64,000 nt of DNA from positions 8,278,483 to 8,342,482 of the forward strand of contig SMSO01000032.1 in the NCBI GenBank assembly GCA_004764695.1. The letters run 5' to 3'. The stretch comes from Schizochytrium sp. TIO01 (lineage: Eukaryota; Protista; Bigyra: Labyrinthulomycetes). Position numbers and translations under genes: made by a program. The notes under the pieces are model-generated. The model did not search any database and was not told the origin of the DNA. It was given only the letters and a program-made list of their open reading frames with translations. Shown in pieces: positions 59,554 through 64,000 of the stretch. How positions within the stretch are numbered: position 1 is the first letter of the stretch; each line of letters starts with the position of its first letter.

Positions 59554-60633
59554 ATGACACTAGAAATGAACCTCCAAACTAGGCAGCCACTTGGGGAGCT
59601 GTCCCTGCGCCGCAGATCTAGCAGCAACGGGAGCAGCAGTAGTTTAAGCTCGTCTAGTTCGGCTACAGAGGAAATCGAAGTTAATGATCGCGTGACCATT
59701 GAAGAATTAATTTGGTCGGATGGTACTCCTCAAATGAATTCTGTGCTAGAGGAAACGCAGCGCCGTGCCCTTCAGGAGCGTAGGAGGCGACGGGAGCAAA
59801 GAGGTTTGTGCCCTTTGGAAGAGCACACTTCACTTCGCCCCGAGCACTTGCACATTTCTAGACCTGCACGGCGCCCTGTTCGTCGTAACGTTCCTCCTTT
59901 GCAACGTTCAGAGAGTATCAGGCCGCGGCATATGCGAGCACTTATCAAGAGCCATATGACGAAGGAAGAGCGTGACGTATTTGAACGTAATCAAGATGAA
60001 GCTCGCAAAAGCTCGCGGCGTCTTCTCTTGGCACGGACTAGCACATCTAGCTCTGGCGCTGGTTCAGGTAGCAGTAACAGCCTTAGCGATAGCGACAACG
60101 AATATGACGACGACGATAGTGAAAGCTCAGGTTTCTCTTCACCCCGCGATATTGAACTATTAGACTTACAAACCCCCGTGCCAAGAGAAGATGCCGCTGT
60201 AATTACTGCAAAGTATCCTAGAGTCCTGAAATCACGCATTCAACCAGATGAAACTGCATCTCGCAGAGGCCTCCATTGTTCCCACCATACAGAAACCAAC
60301 AATCGTGAGGCCGAATTCTCACAATCTCAAACAACAGTTCTTAAAGAGGAAGAGGAAGAGCAGAAAGATAGCGATGAAAGTGACTCTATAACTGATGACG
60401 ATTCCGAAGAATGCAGCACCAAGAAGAAGCTCCATAGAAGATCTCGTGTGCGCCCCGGGCCTCGAAGAAATGGTTCTGGCCTTGCCTTTGTGATTCGACA
60501 ATTCATCTTGCCTAACCCAGATAGGACTCGCACAGGTGGACTATCATCCTCTGCCTCTTCACTCTCCACGCAAAGTAGTTCAAGACATCAGTCTCGCCCC
60601 CGAAGCGATTCATCGATTGAAGACATGCTCTGA
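59554..60633 (+). CDS. Uncharacterised Ser/Arg/acidic-rich, largely disordered protein (~359 aa)
   Basis: Long ORF; first ATG at 59554 just after a TTCTTTTAG acceptor-like site. Poly-Ser, RRRRR and acidic tracts; no recognisable domain. Confidence 0.7.
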   Translation: MTLEMNLQTRQPLGELSLRRRSSSNGSSSSLSSSSSATEEIEVNDRVTIEELIWSDGTPQMNSVLEETQRRALQERRRRREQRGLCPLEEHTSLRPEHLHISRPARRPVRRNVPPLQRSESIRPRHMRALIKSHMTKEERDVFERNQDEARKSSRRLLLARTSTSSSGAGSGSSNSLSDSDNEYDDDDSESSGFSSPRDIELLDLQTPVPREDAAVITAKYPRVLKSRIQPDETASRRGLHCSHHTETNNREAEFSQSQTTVLKEEEEEQKDSDESDSITDDDSEECSTKKKLHRRSRVRPGPRRNGSGLAFVIRQFILPNPDRTRTGGLSSSASSLSTQSSSRHQSRPRSDSSIEDML

Positions 60634-61544
60634 TTTAATGTGACATATGAGCGTTGTTCATTCTTCAAAACAAATAAATACTATCAAGCGAGTGGCATTT
60701 GTTAATTTTACGTCAAACGTTTCTGTGATCAATAGCATGATTACACAAAGCTGATACCTCCTTTTCTGTCAAGCCTTGTCTCGCACTAATTCGTGTTGAT
60801 TTTATACACACGAGAAGAAAATGAACTGTAAAATGATCGTCGAATGACTTTAGTTTTCGCAAAAAAATAGAGAGTTAAACAAGCTGTAAGAAAACGATAA
60901 TAATTGAACCCTGACCAATACATTTTGTCTAAACTAAAATGAAGTCTAAAAAGGAGATTTTTGTGTTCTACTGAATTGTTCAATATTTTATTTGCTTGAC
61001 TTTCCTATCCCCTACGTCCACGTGAAATCTCCCAAAAGGAAAACCAATAAGTAGCGGCGAGTATTTGTTCTGCACTTTGTTATAATTCCTACTACCTATT
61101 TATTATTATTTTGCTTATTTGCTTTTTCTAAATTAAAAAAATCTCTAAATGCACAGGCACAGAGAAGTCCTCAAGGTTACAGCAGTTTCTCAGTCTCTTT
61201 CATAAAGGAAAACCGAGAGAATTAGCAGGACTTACTTACCTTGCTTCCGAAACTTATGAGTCATGTTGCAAATTTAGCTATGTCTAAAATTGTCCACCAC
61301 CATTATAATGTACTGATTTACATTTTCCCATCATATCATATATAAACAGTTTTTTCATTCATGGGCATAACGTCTCCGCAAAACCACATCAGGCCAGTTT
61401 ATGGCCAACCGCGGCCTGGCTCAGGCCCAAGCGGCAGCACCTGCGGCCAGCTAGGCCTTCTTCGCAAGTCTCCTCTCGACCGTTGTTCTGTTCTTTGATA
61501 ACTCAAGTCGGTTTAGAATACTGGAGTCAAGGTGAACTTGCGAG

Positions 61545-63410
61545 ATGACCGAAGAGGTTTCAGGCCTGGGGAGACCACCTCTAGGGCCTTCTTCGTTAAC
61601 GTGGCGAGGCCATGGATATATGCATGATCAGCATCACGATTACAATCAAAATAGCATCGGAGGCACCGGAACGACAGCGCGGCAAAGGCACCATGAAAAA
61701 CTGATAATGCAATTAGAGAGCGAACTGAGCACCACCGTCCAGCGTTTAGATTCGCAGAGAACAGCTCAGGTCAAAGAGGTCGAAGATCTAACAAGAGAGC
61801 TTCGATCTGCTCGCGAAGAACGTCGGGAAATGAAAGCTCGGCTGGATCTCGCCGAGCAGCATGCAGAAACGCTTCGGGAAGAGCTTCGAGAGCAGATGTC
61901 AATGTGGGCTCGAGAACGTACACAATTAGAGAAGCAACTCGCAGAGGCCGAGGCAGCTGCGGATGCTGCCCGACAAAGCGAGGGTCGGATTATGGCTCAG
62001 GCAGCGACACTTGATAGCCGCATTGCCGCTGCGCAGGCCAAACACATGCATTCAAAGGAACAGGATCGACTCAGGGAAGAACTTGAACACCGCGCAACAA
62101 GCCAATCAGACCAAATCACACAGCTACGCGAAAAACTCAATCAACTCACCGCACAGATGGCAGATATGAGCCATAGCAGACTGCAACATGAAGCAGAGCT
62201 CAAACGACAAGTTTCAGAAAATGCAACCCTTGTGGCGGAGAATTATAGACTCTCAACAGCGCTGTCAAACATGGATGAAATTAAGAAAAACCTAGAAACA
62301 GAGAAGGACCACACAGCGTCAACCAAGGAGAGTCTCGAATCTGCTCTTCGTCTGAACGAAACTCGCGAAAAACAAATTAACGCTTTGCAAGAAGCCCTGC
62401 AGGCTGAGCGCGTGAAGGCTACACGTATGGAAAATGCGCGTCTTCAAGAAATGGACCTCTTACGGCATCAAGTTGATAGTTTACAACAGCAATGCAAACA
62501 GACAGAACGTCTTCGTGCAGAACAAGTAGCCTCATTTCAAGACCAACTTAAGGATCAACGGGCTCAAACCTTGCGACTCACGGAGGAACTAGCCCAAATC
62601 GAAGGAAGGGCACAACAACCAAATCCTAGAAGCCCGGATTCCGAATATCATCAGGTTCGTTTCCAGGACCGATTTGGCACCAATCAAAATGAGTATAATG
62701 ATTCGAAAGCATCGTGGAAACCACAGGGCAATTTTCAACGAGATTTTTGGTTTGATCCTGAAACTGAAAATTCTCCGAAACAAATGCAACAACGTAACTA
62801 TATTTTCGACGACCAAAATCGTGTAGTAAACAAAGTCTTAATAGGAAAGCAACAAAGCCAATTGCCCGACACGTCCACGCGAAGACCTTCTTGGGGGTTG
62901 CCGAATGTTGACCATCTATATATTAGTGATGAAATTGATATGCCAGCATTCTCCACATCTCGCTCTCAGAATCTCGCATGGTATAACAACCAGCCAGGTG
63001 AACGCGATCTTGAACGGTCGTTAGTTACGGATTATGTCTCTAGAGTACTTGACGAAACCAGAGAGCTTGATGACGAGGACAAAGAAGCTCGCATTCATAT
63101 CTCTAGACAGTTGGACGATGGACCTGTCAGCACTGCTACATCTGATACTGAACAGATCGCCGGGAAGAAAAAGTATATTAAAAAAATCGTGAAGAAAAAG
63201 AAGAAGCCAACGTCAAGCAAAACTAGTAACGGTAGACTGAGAGTAAGCAACAATAATGGCACCAATCGGTCATCTGCACAAGCATCACGCTCGGTTACAA
63301 AGCCTGTTCGAAATACATCAATACCGAAGAGTAAACAAGGTGTTCGTTCCCAATCTTCTTCCAACAGAGATCCTTATGAAAAGATGCAAACTCCACGATG
63401 GCGTTGTTGA
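61545..63410 (+). CDS. Uncharacterised long coiled-coil protein (621 aa) with basic C-terminal tail
   Basis: ATG ORF. Heptad-rich E/Q/L/R region aa ~50-355, then a disordered region with KKKYIKKIVKKKKKP. Confidence 0.85.
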   Translation: MTEEVSGLGRPPLGPSSLTWRGHGYMHDQHHDYNQNSIGGTGTTARQRHHEKLIMQLESELSTTVQRLDSQRTAQVKEVEDLTRELRSAREERREMKARLDLAEQHAETLREELREQMSMWARERTQLEKQLAEAEAAADAARQSEGRIMAQAATLDSRIAAAQAKHMHSKEQDRLREELEHRATSQSDQITQLREKLNQLTAQMADMSHSRLQHEAELKRQVSENATLVAENYRLSTALSNMDEIKKNLETEKDHTASTKESLESALRLNETREKQINALQEALQAERVKATRMENARLQEMDLLRHQVDSLQQQCKQTERLRAEQVASFQDQLKDQRAQTLRLTEELAQIEGRAQQPNPRSPDSEYHQVRFQDRFGTNQNEYNDSKASWKPQGNFQRDFWFDPETENSPKQMQQRNYIFDDQNRVVNKVLIGKQQSQLPDTSTRRPSWGLPNVDHLYISDEIDMPAFSTSRSQNLAWYNNQPGERDLERSLVTDYVSRVLDETRELDDEDKEARIHISRQLDDGPVSTATSDTEQIAGKKKYIKKIVKKKKKPTSSKTSNGRLRVSNNNGTNRSSAQASRSVTKPVRNTSIPKSKQGVRSQSSSNRDPYEKMQTPRWRC

Positions 63411-63591
63411 TAGCCAATGTCAGGATTCCCTGCTCTGCCTTGGTGCGCAGATGGATAAACCAGTACACATTGTATGATTTTACACTGTGCATGGAGAGAA
63501 ACCCAAGTAAATGCAGTGTTGTTTAGATTTCCAGCTAATTTAACGATAGAAACTGAGACTTTGTCAAATAGAAATTAAAAAAAGAGATTTG

Positions 63592-63999
63592 TTACATTTT
63601 GGATTTTTGGGTTTCCTTGATTGTTTCCATAACCTTTTCGATCACTGCAGGCTTTTTTTCAGGGCCATCCCGGCGCAAACGGATCAGGCCCTCTTGGCTC
63701 ACTGTCACTGCGAGAGTGCCATCACGACGATAAAGTTTACCAAAAGCAAGACCACGCTCATTATTTGCGCGAGGGCTATCCATCACGTACAGCATCCAAT
63801 CGTCCATACGAAATGAGGAGTGGAACCACATACTGTGGTCAAGCGACGCTACCATAGCCAAATCTTCGAATGGAACAGCACCTCTAGCGGTTGTGAGAAG
63901 ACCCATGTCGCTTGCGTACGCCAACACGCTACGGTGAACATTTACATCGTCCGGAAGCTTGGTTTTTGTTCGCATCCAAACAATCTGCCGGTGCTCGTG
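63592..63999 (-). CDS. ACOT8: Acyl-CoA thioesterase II (TesB/ACOT8), C-terminal part; peroxisomal PTS1 -SKM
   Basis: VLAYASD, ASLDHSMWFH, DDWMLY, RGLAFGKLYRRDGTLAVTVSQEGLIR are TesB hallmarks. Frame is open to the window end (HEHRQIVWM...). Ends QKSKM*. Confidence 0.93.
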   Translation of the reverse strand, partial: HEHRQIVWMRTKTKLPDDVNVHRSVLAYASDMGLLTTARGAVPFEDLAMVASLDHSMWFHSSFRMDDWMLYVMDSPRANNERGLAFGKLYRRDGTLAVTVSQEGLIRLRRDGPEKKPAVIEKVMETIKETQKSKM

Positions 64000-64000
64000 C

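Overview
Eukaryotic nuclear DNA with intron-poor, long single-exon ORFs, candidate 5'-UTR introns and very abundant 4/5/8/10-bp microsatellites. This style suggests a thraustochytrid/labyrinthulomycete such as Aurantiochytrium (inference, not verified). The left arm (1-14.6 kb) is gene-dense: RBM19/MRD1 (5'-truncated), a WDR77/MEP50-like WD40 gene divergent from an NSDHL/ERG26-type sterol dehydrogenase, a CUE + DUF1917/Bles03 (eIF4E-fold)-like protein, a 1.3-kaa TSP1/Cys-rich type-I membrane protein with a cytoplasmic PH domain, and complex I subunit NUXM. At 15.6-17.9 kb is a decayed minus-strand leucine-rich-repeat pseudogene. About 30 kb (18.3-48.2 kb) then carries no credible gene and is built of GC-rich, microsatellite-studded islands separated by AT-rich valleys every ~2.5-4.7 kb. 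This desert lies directly upstream of a Gln/Ser-rich, NLS-bearing orphan protein with a compact unknown domain (candidate transcription factor). The right arm has a second relic-like AT-rich tract, a Ser/Arg-rich orphan, a coiled-coil protein and the 3' end of a peroxisomal acyl-CoA thioesterase II (ACOT8/TesB, ending in -SKM). No tRNA, rRNA, CRISPR or intact transposon was seen. Best candidate for an undescribed system: the modular ~30-kb non-coding desert plus its orphan TF-like gene. Next best: two unusual domain architectures (TSP1-TM-PH-polyPro; CUE-eIF4E-like).
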